From: an uncultured cyanobacterium
Lineage (GTDB): Bacteria > Cyanobacteriota > Cyanobacteriia > Cyanobacteriales > Nostocaceae
Direction: 5' to 3'
Length of the DNA stretch: 64,000 nucleotides
Assembly (NCBI GenBank): GCA_963740315.1
Contig: CAVUDP010000002.1
Location: 2,080,001-2,144,000 of the forward strand
Shown: positions 30,748 to 41,715 of the stretch, piece by piece
Layout: every line of letters begins with the position of its first letter
Position numbering within the stretch: the first letter of the stretch is position 1
Notes under the pieces: generated by a model
The model's input: the letters and a program-made list of their open reading frames with translations, nothing else
Databases searched by the model: none
What the model was told of the DNA's origin: nothing
Program-made: the position numbers and the translations under genes

Positions 30748-31920
30748 TTAATTAGCAGATTGTTGCTTATCTTTTTTAAACTTGGTCATAGCAGCGCCAA
30801 GTACAAACACGCTTAAACCTAGTAAAGTAGTAGGTTCGGGTACTTTCTTCGCACCATCATGACCTTCTACATTTAATACCTGTACGCGACCTTGGAAAAA
30901 GTCTCCTACATAAAGTTTGCCATCGTTGAGTGTTGTACCTGCCGTCCAGTTAAATCTTCCAGGTGTTAAGTCTAAAGGATCGCCAAAAGGAGGTTCGCCA
31001 AGTTGAGGAGGAGGAACAGGATTGCCTTCCTCGTCCAAAGCAGGTTCGCCGTATGCTGTTAAGAAGTTACCTTCGCGATCGAATACCTGTACGCGGCTGT
31101 TGATCGAGTCAGCCACATAAATATTTTCTTTATCATCCACTTCAACACCAATAGGCTGAAGAAACTGCCCATCTCCGGTACCTTGTTCCCCAAAGACTAA
31201 AAGAGGTTCTCCTTCGGGAGTAAGTACTTGAACGCGGTTATTAAACTGATCGGTAACAAAGAAGTTGCCGCTGGTTGGAGATATTCTTACACCTGCGGGG
31301 CCTTGGAATTGCCCTGGCTCGGTACCAGCACTACCAATACTGTCAAGTAACTCGCCATCCTCAGTAAATTTAAGAATGCGATCGTTACTGAAATCTCCTA
31401 CGTATACATTGTTAGCTTCATCGAATGTGATTCCAGAAGGTCCGAAGAAGGCTCTACCTTCAACAAGACCGCCAAATAAGCCTTCGCCAAAGGTATTAAC
31501 AAAGTTACCTTTTGAATCATAAACATTGACACGGTTGTTAAAAACATCACCTACATAAAGGTTTCCGTTTTTAGGGCTAAATTCTAAAGCTGAAGGTTCG
31601 TCAAATTCTCCAGGTCCAGTTCCACCGCTACCAACTGCGCCAATATATTCACCACCAGGATTATATATCTCAACTTTATTACCAAGGTCTGGATTAAAAG
31701 AGCCATCTGGATTAAGACCGCGACCGTTAGATACATAAACGTTTCCAGTATCGTCCTGTACGGTTATACCTTGGGGAACGAAAAGCTCTCCTAGACCGAA
31801 TCCCGGCGAACCAATTTGGCTATCGTATGTCAGGTTTACTGCTTTAGCTTCGGTGGTAGCTGCCAAAACCATGAATCCCACACTTACAACAGTTAATGAT
31901 ACATTTTTAATTAATTTCAT
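30748..31920 (-). CDS. scyF: ScyF-like NHL-repeat PEP-CTERM protein (copy 1)
   Basis: Signal peptide, NHL repeats (GQFxxPxGV...YVADSxNSRVQVFD), VPEP plus transmembrane helix and basic tail; scy synteny. Confidence 0.85.
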   Translation of the reverse strand: MKLIKNVSLTVVSVGFMVLAATTEAKAVNLTYDSQIGSPGFGLGELFVPQGITVQDDTGNVYVSNGRGLNPDGSFNPDLGNKVEIYNPGGEYIGAVGSGGTGPGEFDEPSALEFSPKNGNLYVGDVFNNRVNVYDSKGNFVNTFGEGLFGGLVEGRAFFGPSGITFDEANNVYVGDFSNDRILKFTEDGELLDSIGSAGTEPGQFQGPAGVRISPTSGNFFVTDQFNNRVQVLTPEGEPLLVFGEQGTGDGQFLQPIGVEVDDKENIYVADSINSRVQVFDREGNFLTAYGEPALDEEGNPVPPPQLGEPPFGDPLDLTPGRFNWTAGTTLNDGKLYVGDFFQGRVQVLNVEGHDGAKKVPEPTTLLGLSVFVLGAAMTKFKKDKQQSAN

Positions 31921-31988
31921 TAATTAAGACCTATAGTGTGGCGTTCCCAATGTAGAGACGTAGCACTGCTACGTCTCATGCCATCAAA

Positions 31989-33149
31989 TTAAGCAGATTG
32001 CTTATTTTTCTTCAACTTAGTCGCAGCAGCACCAAGCGCAAATACACCTAAACCTAATAAAGTTGTAGGTTCGGGTACTTTCTTGGCAGCGTCATGACGG
32101 TCAACATTCAACACCTGTACGCGCCCGGTGAAGAAATCACCTACATAAACTTTGCCATCGTTGTAGCTCAAGCCACCACTCCAGTTAAATTTACCTGGCT
32201 CTAAATCGGCAGGGTTAGTCGCAATAGGTGGCTCTCCAGGTCCGGGAGGTCCGGGATTTTCTACAGGTTCGCCAAATACACTCAAGAAATTACCTTCTTT
32301 GTCAAATACCTGAACGCGGCTGTTTTGAGAATCTGCTACGTAGATATTATCGAATTCATCTACATCAATACCGATTGGCTCGTTAAATTGACCTAATTCC
32401 GTACCTTCAGTACCAAAGGCATAAAGGAAGTTTTCTTCGGAATCAAGTACCTGAATCCGGTTATTAAACTGGTCATTTATGTAAATATTGCCAGTATTTT
32501 GAGATATAGCTAAACCAGCAGGTCCATCAAACTGTCCGGGTTCGTTACCCAAGCCGCCATAGGTTTTAACTAATTCGCCATCTCTACCGTAAACCTTTAC
32601 TACGTCAGCGCTAAAATCTGTTACGTGTAAGTTTCCCTGCTGGTCGAAATCTATACCGCCAGGACCGAAGAACAAATCGCCAGGTCCTTGACCGCTAAAC
32701 GAACCGAAGGAAGTTACGAATTCCCCAGTCTCAGGGTTATATACGTCGATTTCGCTGTTAAAAACGTCAGCTACGTATAAGTTGCCGCTGATGGGATCGA
32801 ATTTCAAATCTCCTGGTTCGTCTATACCCTCTCCTTTTTGCCCGGTAAGACCGAATCCAACAGCCTTGAGATATTCACCATCGGGGCTGAATACACTTAC
32901 ACTGTTACCAACTACAGGTACAAAGCTACCATCTTCTGGGTTAACACCGCGACCGTTACTTACATAGATATTGCCGTCAGCATTGCTTTTTGCAACACCT
33001 TGGGGAACGAAAAGCTGCCCCGGACCAAATCCCGGCTCGCCAATTTGGGTATCGAATGTCAGGTTTATTGCTTTAGCTTCGGCAGTCGCTGCCAAAACCA
33101 TAAATCCCGCACTCGCAACCGCTAATGATACATTTTTGACAATTTGCAT
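31989..33149 (-). CDS. scyF: ScyF-like NHL-repeat PEP-CTERM protein (copy 2)
   Basis: End-to-end paralog of 30748-31920 (LFVPQG, YVSNGRG, YVGDFF.GRVQVLNV, KKVPEPTTLLGL). Confidence 0.8.
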   Translation of the reverse strand: MQIVKNVSLAVASAGFMVLAATAEAKAINLTFDTQIGEPGFGPGQLFVPQGVAKSNADGNIYVSNGRGVNPEDGSFVPVVGNSVSVFSPDGEYLKAVGFGLTGQKGEGIDEPGDLKFDPISGNLYVADVFNSEIDVYNPETGEFVTSFGSFSGQGPGDLFFGPGGIDFDQQGNLHVTDFSADVVKVYGRDGELVKTYGGLGNEPGQFDGPAGLAISQNTGNIYINDQFNNRIQVLDSEENFLYAFGTEGTELGQFNEPIGIDVDEFDNIYVADSQNSRVQVFDKEGNFLSVFGEPVENPGPPGPGEPPIATNPADLEPGKFNWSGGLSYNDGKVYVGDFFTGRVQVLNVDRHDAAKKVPEPTTLLGLGVFALGAAATKLKKNKQSA

Positions 33150-33334
33150 GGTTGAAAATCCTGAGATGAATAGTTATACTTTTGATTAGGTATTGTGTCC
33201 GGGTCTTGACCTGGAACTGTTACAGTAAGTTGCTGCTCATTTCCTAAAACAGCAACTTGCTGTTTTTTTTACTTAGTAAGTTCTAAGTATTTATAACTGC
33301 TAACTGTTAACTGTTAACTGTTAACTGTTAACTG

Positions 33335-34783
33335 TTAAAGAACTTCAACCTTGTCCAAAATTTCTTCTAGCTTCTCTTCCTGACGCTTGCGCTTGCCGTA
33401 TTTGGAAGCCGCACCAGCCGCAGCGACACCTAATAAACCAATTATGGAAGCAGGTTCGGGAACTTTTGTGGGTTTGTTACCACCTTTACCTAAGTCAATC
33501 TTGACTAATTGACCTTGTTCTGCTAAGCGAGCGCGGTTTGCGGTATACAAAGCACCATCGCGATAAGTTAAACCGGAAGCAGCTTCTAATCCGTTACCAT
33601 TCCAGATTGTTTCGCGTGTTCCGTCAGCAGAAACTTTGATAATCGAACTGCTGATATCGCCGATTACTTCACCACCTTGAAGAATGTTTTTCCACTCCGA
33701 GGTGTTCATGTGTTGCAATACGTACAAGTTGTCATCTTCGTCGTATGCGACACCAGTTAACTGAGTAAAGCCGTCACCACCCTTGGTATATTTCTCGTTT
33801 ATATTCAAATCATCGTCAACTGAATATAAACGCGCTCTACCTTCTGGATAGGGGAAGTAGGAGTATTCAGCTACTGTGAAATCACCGTCGGGAGATTGAA
33901 CAATTCCTGTAGGTACTGATTGGAAAGTGATCGGAAAATCTTGACTTGTTTCTTCTCCTTCTAATCCTGGAGGTGGACCGCTTGGTGCTTCTCCACCTTG
34001 ACCGTTGATTGCTGGTAATCCAGGAGCATCTGATGGTTGTTCGCCGTCGGGAATTTCACCTGGGGGTTCAAAGCTAGGAAACTCAAGTTCGCTTTGGTCA
34101 ACTGGTAGTATGGGGAACGCTGCTACTTTCTCAATACCGCCAGTGTCTAATGCTGTCTTCCAAATGACGTTGGCACCACCATCAACTACGTAAGCAGTAT
34201 TATCCTTAATCGTCATCGCGTAAGGATTAGTAATGAGGTCAGTACCATCGGGGTTGAAGTCTACTTCGTACTGAGCAAAATCAGCAACTTCTCTTCCTAA
34301 CGCACCATTTACTAAATCAACTTCAAATAATTTTCCGAGGTTAGGAGTCTGTAAAATATCACCACTGGTAGCAGGGTTGCCTGCATAACCCATCAACAGA
34401 TAACCATTTCCTTTGCCATCAAATTTGAAGTCCGCAGGACCTGCTGCTTGTTCTCCAAAAGGTGTTAAAGCTAGAGATCCAAGGTCTGGAATTACTGTTT
34501 GCTTGCTTCCGTCGGTACCGATTTTAAGTAAAGAACCTGTACTACCCGCACACAAAGGAATAAATTGCGAACTTGGTGATGGAACGCATCTTCCATCTTC
34601 TCCATCGCCACCTTTACCGCTGGTTGTCAGGTAAATACTGCCGTCGGCTCCAAAGTCGAAGTTACGAGGGTTATCAAGTCCGTCAGCTAATACTGACAGC
34701 GAGATTGCTTGTGCTGCTGTTGCTCCGAAAACGGAACTAACGGTTACACCAAAAAGTGCTAGAGCAATTGACTTAAATTTCAT
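33335..34783 (-). CDS. scyE: ScyD/ScyE-family PEP-CTERM protein (scyE position)
   Basis: Signal peptide; GLDNPR, AAGPAD, QSVPTG and GFTQL motifs; VPEP sorting signal. Confidence 0.8.
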   Translation of the reverse strand: MKFKSIALALFGVTVSSVFGATAAQAISLSVLADGLDNPRNFDFGADGSIYLTTSGKGGDGEDGRCVPSPSSQFIPLCAGSTGSLLKIGTDGSKQTVIPDLGSLALTPFGEQAAGPADFKFDGKGNGYLLMGYAGNPATSGDILQTPNLGKLFEVDLVNGALGREVADFAQYEVDFNPDGTDLITNPYAMTIKDNTAYVVDGGANVIWKTALDTGGIEKVAAFPILPVDQSELEFPSFEPPGEIPDGEQPSDAPGLPAINGQGGEAPSGPPPGLEGEETSQDFPITFQSVPTGIVQSPDGDFTVAEYSYFPYPEGRARLYSVDDDLNINEKYTKGGDGFTQLTGVAYDEDDNLYVLQHMNTSEWKNILQGGEVIGDISSSIIKVSADGTRETIWNGNGLEAASGLTYRDGALYTANRARLAEQGQLVKIDLGKGGNKPTKVPEPASIIGLLGVAAAGAASKYGKRKRQEEKLEEILDKVEVL

Positions 34784-34960
34784 ATGTTTGTGAAATTGAT
34801 TAGTAGTTTATGGAATAAATGCGGTTCTTTAAAGAACAGCCCCAATTGTTGGGATATGAATATCAAGCATATCGATCGGACTGAAACTTATTGTCCGGTA
34901 TACCACATTAGAGGGCTATCTAATATTACATTTAATTTGTAGACAAGCCATAACGCGCTA

Positions 34961-36094
34961 TTAAATATGACCGGAAATATTTTTTGGATTCTCAACCCGA
35001 ATTACCTGTCCGCTTCCCGGACGACCACCTTGGTTGAGGATATAAAAAGCACCATCAGACCCGATTGTGAGGGCGGAAGGCGATTCTAATCCATCACCCT
35101 CAATGAGAGTTTTACGTTCGCCGTTAGGATCGATTTGAATCAATGCTCCATCTGGTTTTCCTTTCCATCCTGACTGATTCATATGTTGCAAAACATACAA
35201 ACTACCCTCGGCATCAAAAGCCATATCTATTAATTGTGTAAATCCATCAGCGAAAACTTTAACTTCGCCGCTTACATCAATTCGATAGATTTTTGCGCCG
35301 CCTTCTGGGAAGGGAAAACCAGTGAATTCGCAAACGTAATAAGCTCCATCCAGACCTTTGACTACATCTGTAGGTACCGATTGAATCGACACCTGCGATG
35401 GCGCTTGAGGATAATCACCAGGGGCTGGTACGTGTCCTCGGTCAAAATTCTGCGATTTAGCGCCGGGAAATATTGGATTAGTTAATATCTGATTGGGAAT
35501 CTCAACAATTTTCTCTAAATTGCTGCCGTCAGTATTTATGCTGATGATGCTGTTCGTTCCCGCATCAACTATTACCAGTTTATTGTTATCTACGTAGAAA
35601 GACAAGGGATTGCTAGCAATTTCACAATCCCTTGACAAAATCTTGTTAGTAACTTCATAATTAGAGATATCCGCTATACTTGACCAAGTACTTGTACTCA
35701 AATCGCAAGTAACTACTTTTCCCAAGTCAGTATCGCCGAGGGCAGAACGCAAAGCTGGATTAGCTGCATACCCCAACAGAACATAAGCCTTTCCATTTGC
35801 ATCAAACTTGATATCGTGAGGACCCGCAGCACCCGTACCGTCTGCAAACGCCACCGAGGGTAATCCTGTCAAAACACGTTTAACAGTGCCATTTTCAATT
35901 TTGCTAATGGCACCGCTATTACCGTAATTTAAATTTCCTTGACCGCTAGGAGAAGGAACTGAGGCTCCATCTCCACCAATCCCTGCTTCTGCAACATATA
36001 GACTACCATCAGGAGCAAATGTCAGTCCTTTGGGATTGTCTAAATTTTCGGCAAGTATTTTAAAAGATTTATTTGTAATTAGTTGTACTGTCAT
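34961..36094 (-). CDS. scyD: ScyD/ScyE-family protein without signal peptide or PEP-CTERM (scyD position)
   Basis: LDNPKGL, YVAEAG, QSVPT, FTGFPFPEGGA and GFTQLID motifs; directly downstream of scyC. Confidence 0.75.
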   Translation of the reverse strand: MTVQLITNKSFKILAENLDNPKGLTFAPDGSLYVAEAGIGGDGASVPSPSGQGNLNYGNSGAISKIENGTVKRVLTGLPSVAFADGTGAAGPHDIKFDANGKAYVLLGYAANPALRSALGDTDLGKVVTCDLSTSTWSSIADISNYEVTNKILSRDCEIASNPLSFYVDNNKLVIVDAGTNSIISINTDGSNLEKIVEIPNQILTNPIFPGAKSQNFDRGHVPAPGDYPQAPSQVSIQSVPTDVVKGLDGAYYVCEFTGFPFPEGGAKIYRIDVSGEVKVFADGFTQLIDMAFDAEGSLYVLQHMNQSGWKGKPDGALIQIDPNGERKTLIEGDGLESPSALTIGSDGAFYILNQGGRPGSGQVIRVENPKNISGHI

Positions 36095-36257
36095 TGATGA
36101 ACGATAAATTACTTAACTTTACTCAAAAAAATAGTAAAAAAAGCACCCCGATTTTCTCTCAAAATAAATCTAATTTATTGAATTTAATATTAGATTTATA
36201 ATTTGAGATTTTTTAGGAAATCAAAAACAAATGCATCCGTTGTTAAAATCCAAAATT

Positions 36258-37208
36258 CTATTGCGGAATATAGCTCATTCCTCTATTAAAGCTTTCCATA
36301 TTACCAGCTTTACTTTCCAGCATCCGCTTGATGTTCATGCTTTCAGCGCCCAAATCTTCAATTTGCAGCTTACCATGAACTTGAGATTTATCTGACTTCC
36401 AGAAACTGATTCTATGCATGATAAAACCTCGTGCTTCAGGATCTGCAAATGCATAAGAAGCTGGTATTAACAGCATGGGAGTGCGCTGATAATATTCGTG
36501 TTCTGGATAGTAAAACTCTTGTTCGAGTAAATAAAATTTGCTCAAACTGTGTAACTGCACGCTCGCTTTGACTTTCTGGTTATATTCATCTCTAAACTCA
36601 CCCTCAGAGGCAGAAATCTCACCATCCGGTTTAAGCAAATGCGCCCATTCGTCCATATTCCGCAAATCTTGTAGAAATTCGATACCCATTTCAATTGGAG
36701 CATCAACGTAGATAGTGTCAGTATCTACAAAATGCTTTCCTTTTGCTGCGGAAGTAAAACCTTCTTTGCGCTCTAGATTTGCTTTAAGCGATCGACACTC
36801 AGAAGTATGAACTGTATGAATGCCTTGCATAATCATTCCAGTTTGCCGTTTTGGATCGACAAAACTTAACCAGTGGAAATAGACTCCTTTTTCGTCAGTT
36901 CCCGGTTCTATATAATCGGTAGGGAAAAGCAATACTGGGTAAACTTGGTAATATTTTTGATATTCCAATCCACAATGCCATTCGATGCCGTAAAATTTAG
37001 GATTTTCTAGCTTTTTGACGTGATAGTAAAGGTCTTCATGATACCCAGAAGCTGTTCCCCTATAGGTATCCTCATCAATTTTTTCTTTCATTCGGCTAAA
37101 TAGCGTCCATTCATCCAAATTCTTTAAACTACAAAGATAGTCAAAAGCTGTTTTTGGTGAAGTTGCTATATAAGCTGATGTCGCAAACGTATTTTTTTCC
37201 ATTGTCAC
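36258..37208 (-). CDS. scyC: Scytonemin biosynthesis cyclase/decarboxylase ScyC (GTG at 37208 or ATG at 37202)
   Basis: Two SRPBCC-like halves (TSAYIATSP..AFDYL..L.NLDEW and TIYVDAP..FLQDLRNMDEW); position after scyB. Confidence 0.9.
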   Translation of the reverse strand: MTMEKNTFATSAYIATSPKTAFDYLCSLKNLDEWTLFSRMKEKIDEDTYRGTASGYHEDLYYHVKKLENPKFYGIEWHCGLEYQKYYQVYPVLLFPTDYIEPGTDEKGVYFHWLSFVDPKRQTGMIMQGIHTVHTSECRSLKANLERKEGFTSAAKGKHFVDTDTIYVDAPIEMGIEFLQDLRNMDEWAHLLKPDGEISASEGEFRDEYNQKVKASVQLHSLSKFYLLEQEFYYPEHEYYQRTPMLLIPASYAFADPEARGFIMHRISFWKSDKSQVHGKLQIEDLGAESMNIKRMLESKAGNMESFNRGMSYIPQ

Positions 37209-37285
37209 CCTTTTACAGTTATCAGTTATCAGTTATCAGTTATCAGTTATCAGTTATCACCCGGAGGGTGTGGATCGTAAATTAT

Positions 37286-38368
37286 TTAATGTTTACCGTT
37301 ACTTGATGTAGAAGTTGCCAAAACTTTTTTGAGATTTTTAGCATTAGCAATTCTTTCTTCTGCTAGCTGCTTTGAAGCTGCATCTGTGGTAATTTGCTGG
37401 TTTTCGGCTCGGTCGAAAATCTCATGCAAGGTATTATAGATATTTCTTACTTGCTTAAAGGCTTTTTCTTCGTTATAACCAATCATTTCGTTATAAACGT
37501 TGATTAATCCTCCAGCATTAATTACATAATCGGGAGCATACAAAATGCCTTTTTCTACAAGCATCATTCCGTCTGCTTTTTCTTCACCAAGCTGGTTGTT
37601 TGCAGCACCGGCGATCGCGCTGGCTTTAATTTGAGGAATTGTCTCGCTATTCAGAATTCCACCTAAAGCACAAGGAGAAAATACATCTACATCTAGTCCG
37701 TAGATTTCTGAAGGTTCTACCACCGTCGCACCAAAGAGATGCTTGATTTCCTCGGTTCTCACTTGATTAATATCGGTAACATACAGCTTTGCACCGTTTT
37801 CATGTAAATGACGGCAAAGGTTTGTACCAACATTCCCCAATCCCTGAACTGCGACTCTGAGTCCTTTTAAGTCGGAGGTTTTTAAGCGAAATTCCACAGC
37901 CGCTTTTAAACCTAAAAATACTCCCCATCCAGTTACAGGTGCAGGTCCACCGGACTTTTCTTCTACACCTACAACATGATCGGTTTCTCGACTAATTTTT
38001 CTCACATCTTCCGGGGTCATATTCACATCTTGACCCGTAATAAAACGTCCGTTCAAGCTGTTGACAAAACGCCCGTAAGCATATAAAAGTTCGTCAGTTT
38101 TATCTTTGGGATTACCAATAATTACAGCTTTACCTCCACCAACGGGAATGTTGGCACAAGCAGCTTTATAAGTCATACCTCGACTTAAACGCAAAGCATC
38201 TTTTAAAGCAGCTTCTTCATTGACATAAGGCAACATTCGTGTTGCTCCCATCGCGGGACCTAAACTTGTATCGTGAATCGCAATTATCGCTTTGATATCT
38301 GGGTCTTTACCATTACAAAACAATACTTGCTCGTGACCCATTTCTGTAACATTTTCAAATAGATTCAA
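37286..38368 (-). CDS. scyB: Tryptophan dehydrogenase ScyB (Leu/Phe dehydrogenase family), TTG start
   Basis: LRLSRGMTYK, GGGK, QGLGNVG, ANNQL and PDYVINAGG motifs; SD GAGGAG upstream. Confidence 0.93.
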   Translation of the reverse strand: MNLFENVTEMGHEQVLFCNGKDPDIKAIIAIHDTSLGPAMGATRMLPYVNEEAALKDALRLSRGMTYKAACANIPVGGGKAVIIGNPKDKTDELLYAYGRFVNSLNGRFITGQDVNMTPEDVRKISRETDHVVGVEEKSGGPAPVTGWGVFLGLKAAVEFRLKTSDLKGLRVAVQGLGNVGTNLCRHLHENGAKLYVTDINQVRTEEIKHLFGATVVEPSEIYGLDVDVFSPCALGGILNSETIPQIKASAIAGAANNQLGEEKADGMMLVEKGILYAPDYVINAGGLINVYNEMIGYNEEKAFKQVRNIYNTLHEIFDRAENQQITTDAASKQLAEERIANAKNLKKVLATSTSSNGKH

Positions 38369-38484
38369 ACTACCTACTCCTCTTAAATTAAATTAATGCG
38401 ATAAAGGTTTATTTAGTTGTTGGTTGTTAGTTGTTAAAACCCCTGTGGAAAGACGTAGCAGTGCTACGTCTCTACAAGAACGAA

Positions 38485-40332
38485 TTAGATATTCGGAAAT
38501 GATGCTTGTACTTTTGGTTTTTGTTCGGAAGTTGCTTTAACTCCTTGAGAAGCCAAACCTTTATTACGTCCTTTGGAAGGAGCAGCCTTATCTGGATCGA
38601 TAAGTACATCAATTACTATCGGACCTGTTGCGGCGATCGCTTTTTCTAATGCTGCTGTAATTTCAGATTCTTGAGTAACTCGAATTCCGTCGGCTCCCAT
38701 TCCCCTTGCAATCATTTGAAAATCTGTCTGAGGGATGATTGCATCTGCACCAGTCATACCTAACATTTTCATGCCTTGATGGCACATATTGTAACGAGAG
38801 TCGTTGAGGACTATCCAAATTGCCGGAATCTGATATTTTACTGCCGTGCTAATTTCGTTATTCATCAACATGGCTCCGTCTCCCACAATGGCGACAGATT
38901 TACCGTTTCTGGCGTGGGCTGCACCCACAACACCAGTCACGGCGTGTCCCATTGCACCAACTCCGGTGCTGACTCGATAGCGATTAGCAGAACTGAATCG
39001 CAATAGATTTGTTGACCAAGTAAAGGAGTTACCGCACTCAGCCATCACAACCGCATCGCTTCCGTCAACAATTACCTTTTGAATCGCTTCCATTAAAACT
39101 TCTGGTCTAATGGGTGATTCTTGTCCGGGTTCTACCGTAGAACGTTCGGGCTTGGGTAAAGATGAAGGTTGAGCCGCTTTGACTCCATTAACTGCTTCGA
39201 TGTCCGTTTCCAGATGACGCAACAGTTGTTTTACAAAGGTTTTGATATCTGACTGAATTCCGATAGTTTCTGCATGAGGATAAGCTACTCCCGGTACGTT
39301 GGGATCTATATCAACATGAATGAAACCTTTTGATGGAACCATGTCAGTATTCCAAAACGATGTTGGTTCGCTCAAACGACTTCCCAATACCAAAGTGCGG
39401 ATGGGAGCCTGTTCTTGCATATATGTCATCGCAGAACCGTGACCACCTAAACCAGTTACACCAATAAATTGAGGATGGTTTTCGGGAAAAATTCCTTTAC
39501 CGCGAGGCGAACACATTACCGCCGCTCCAGTTTTTTCAGCAAACTGACGGATTTCATCAGCTGCATTGCGGGCACCAAATCCCAACCAAATAGCAAATGT
39601 ACCTTCGGCAAGTAACTTAGCTGCATTCGCAACTACTTCGTCACTCGACGATACCAAGGAACAGCTAACACCTTTTTTTGGTATTTGAGTATCGCTCATG
39701 CTCATATTTTGTACGGCGGTAGGTATACTCAAATGAGCTACATACCCTCCTGGCTGAGAAAGTCCCAGCGCAAGTTTACGAAATATTTGCGGTAATTGGG
39801 CGGCGGATTCCACTGTGCTAGCATAATTAAACACCGTACCCGTGGTGAAAATACCACTACTGGGTAAAGTGTCGGTACTGGTTTCCTGAATCGCCCACCG
39901 TCCCCGTTGCGGTGCGGAGGTGCAAGCTGACAGCAAAATCACTTTTGCACCTTCGCCACGTGCAGCGAATAACCCGGTTAAAGCATTCGTTATACCCGGT
40001 CCTGCTGTGGTAAATACCACAGTAGGATTACCGCTAGCAAAATAACCTTCGGTAGCGGCGAATGCTGCTCCAGCTTCATGGCGGAAGTTCAGCACTTCTA
40101 CACTACTGTTAGATAAAGCGCCCCACAGTGATGCCATTGCACCTCCTGAAACGCCGTAGGCGGATTTTATCCCCAAACTTTCAAACATCTGCGCTACTGC
40201 ATCGGCAACTGTAATATTTTCGTTGTCGTCAGTGCTTTCGATTTTTTCTGCTTCTATTTCATAGCTTTCATTAAGAACTTCTTTCTGCTGTAGGTTTACA
40301 GGAGAAGCTCTTTTAGTAAAATTTTGAACCAT
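38485..40332 (-). CDS. scyA: ThDP-dependent acyloin synthase ScyA
   Basis: RHEAGAAF, TTAGPG and GDGAMLMN...NDSRY ThDP motif; first gene of the cluster. Confidence 0.93.
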   Translation of the reverse strand: MVQNFTKRASPVNLQQKEVLNESYEIEAEKIESTDDNENITVADAVAQMFESLGIKSAYGVSGGAMASLWGALSNSSVEVLNFRHEAGAAFAATEGYFASGNPTVVFTTAGPGITNALTGLFAARGEGAKVILLSACTSAPQRGRWAIQETSTDTLPSSGIFTTGTVFNYASTVESAAQLPQIFRKLALGLSQPGGYVAHLSIPTAVQNMSMSDTQIPKKGVSCSLVSSSDEVVANAAKLLAEGTFAIWLGFGARNAADEIRQFAEKTGAAVMCSPRGKGIFPENHPQFIGVTGLGGHGSAMTYMQEQAPIRTLVLGSRLSEPTSFWNTDMVPSKGFIHVDIDPNVPGVAYPHAETIGIQSDIKTFVKQLLRHLETDIEAVNGVKAAQPSSLPKPERSTVEPGQESPIRPEVLMEAIQKVIVDGSDAVVMAECGNSFTWSTNLLRFSSANRYRVSTGVGAMGHAVTGVVGAAHARNGKSVAIVGDGAMLMNNEISTAVKYQIPAIWIVLNDSRYNMCHQGMKMLGMTGADAIIPQTDFQMIARGMGADGIRVTQESEITAALEKAIAATGPIVIDVLIDPDKAAPSKGRNKGLASQGVKATSEQKPKVQASFPNI

Positions 40333-41715
40333 TATTTAATATACGCTCCCTGAACGAGGGTTGGGTGATTAAGATTAACGACTTCTCGGATACGCTTCCA
40401 TTTGCAGCCGAAACAAGGGGTTGTGCTTCCTTACTATTTCCTTATAACTTCACACCCAGCCTTACAAACACCGGGAATGGAAAATTACCACTTTTACTCT
40501 TTGCTGTCTAGAAAAATTTTGACTGGAGAAGCAAAACAACCAAGACTCTGTGTTTATAGAAACAAGCCTACATAAAACTTATAGGTTAAAACAATGAAAA
40601 ATCTTTTGATTGCCTTGTCAATTCTTTTGCTTTTGTTTATATTGCAGATTAATATTACTAATGTATTTGTAGTAAATAGAACTTAAAACAATATTTAACT
40701 ACTGATAAAAATACATCTCAAAGTCTTATATGATACTTAACAAAGCTCTGTTTAGCAGAATATATTGCCGTGTATGCAATAATTAACACCTGTGCTTATT
40801 ATGTGTATATACTGAAGAGAATTTTAGATCGGGCAACTCTCGATAATACCTAAAATTAGAAAAATAAGAGTTGCAATCAAAAAAAATTAACAAATATTAA
40901 ACTATATCTAAAGATAGATGCAGATATATTCTTAATGATATTTTTGTTCTACAAGTATTTCTTGTGACAGATGTTATGCAAGTAGGATTTATTGTTAAAT
41001 TTTTGAAAGAATAATGAGAGAATAAATTAAAGAAAATCAATTAATTCGGTGATAATTTACTCTCACCAAGTCATAATATTTCCCCGTGTTTGTTTCTAAT
41101 TCAGCAAAATCAATGATATATATATATAGTTTGAACTTATTTTATACACAGTAAAAGATTGAAAAAATATGCTTATATCTAACTAGTTTTTCAGCATATA
41201 AATGCACTAGCAGAATTTTTATTTTAAGCTAGAGAAAGCGGTAAACTATAATAAACGATTGATAAACATCTAGTTTAATGCTTGTCTAAATGTTTTTTTT
41301 TCGATTCAATTACATTCCAATTATCTTGAGATCGTTTTAGCTAACTATGGTTCAGAATGGATTGACACTAGTCTCAAAAATTTTATTAATTAATGGGAAA
41401 AATAATAATGCGCGGAAAAAGCGATCGATTATACTCCGAAAAAAAATGTGTCAAATTTGTGAAGTTAATATAAAATATTTTGTAAACTTATATTAATTTT
41501 TTAAGTTTTTTGTTAATTTATTTTAAGTAAAGGAATATAGCAGGCTTATCGCGAAGTAACTTTTCTGTCGGAAACCATCAGCAGTAATGCTCTAGGAATG
41601 TCAGAAACTTATTAGGTGATAACTCGGAATTTGTTAAAAACCGAGCTTGCAGCTAGCTATTAAACCTTTCAATCGTAAAACCAGCACAGCGGAGCATACA
41701 AGTTTTAACAGCATT

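Noticed and set aside
40333..40560. TPP riboswitch upstream of ThDP-dependent scyA
   Set aside because: Lacks the CUGAGA and CUGAU...GCG.AGGGA consensus elements
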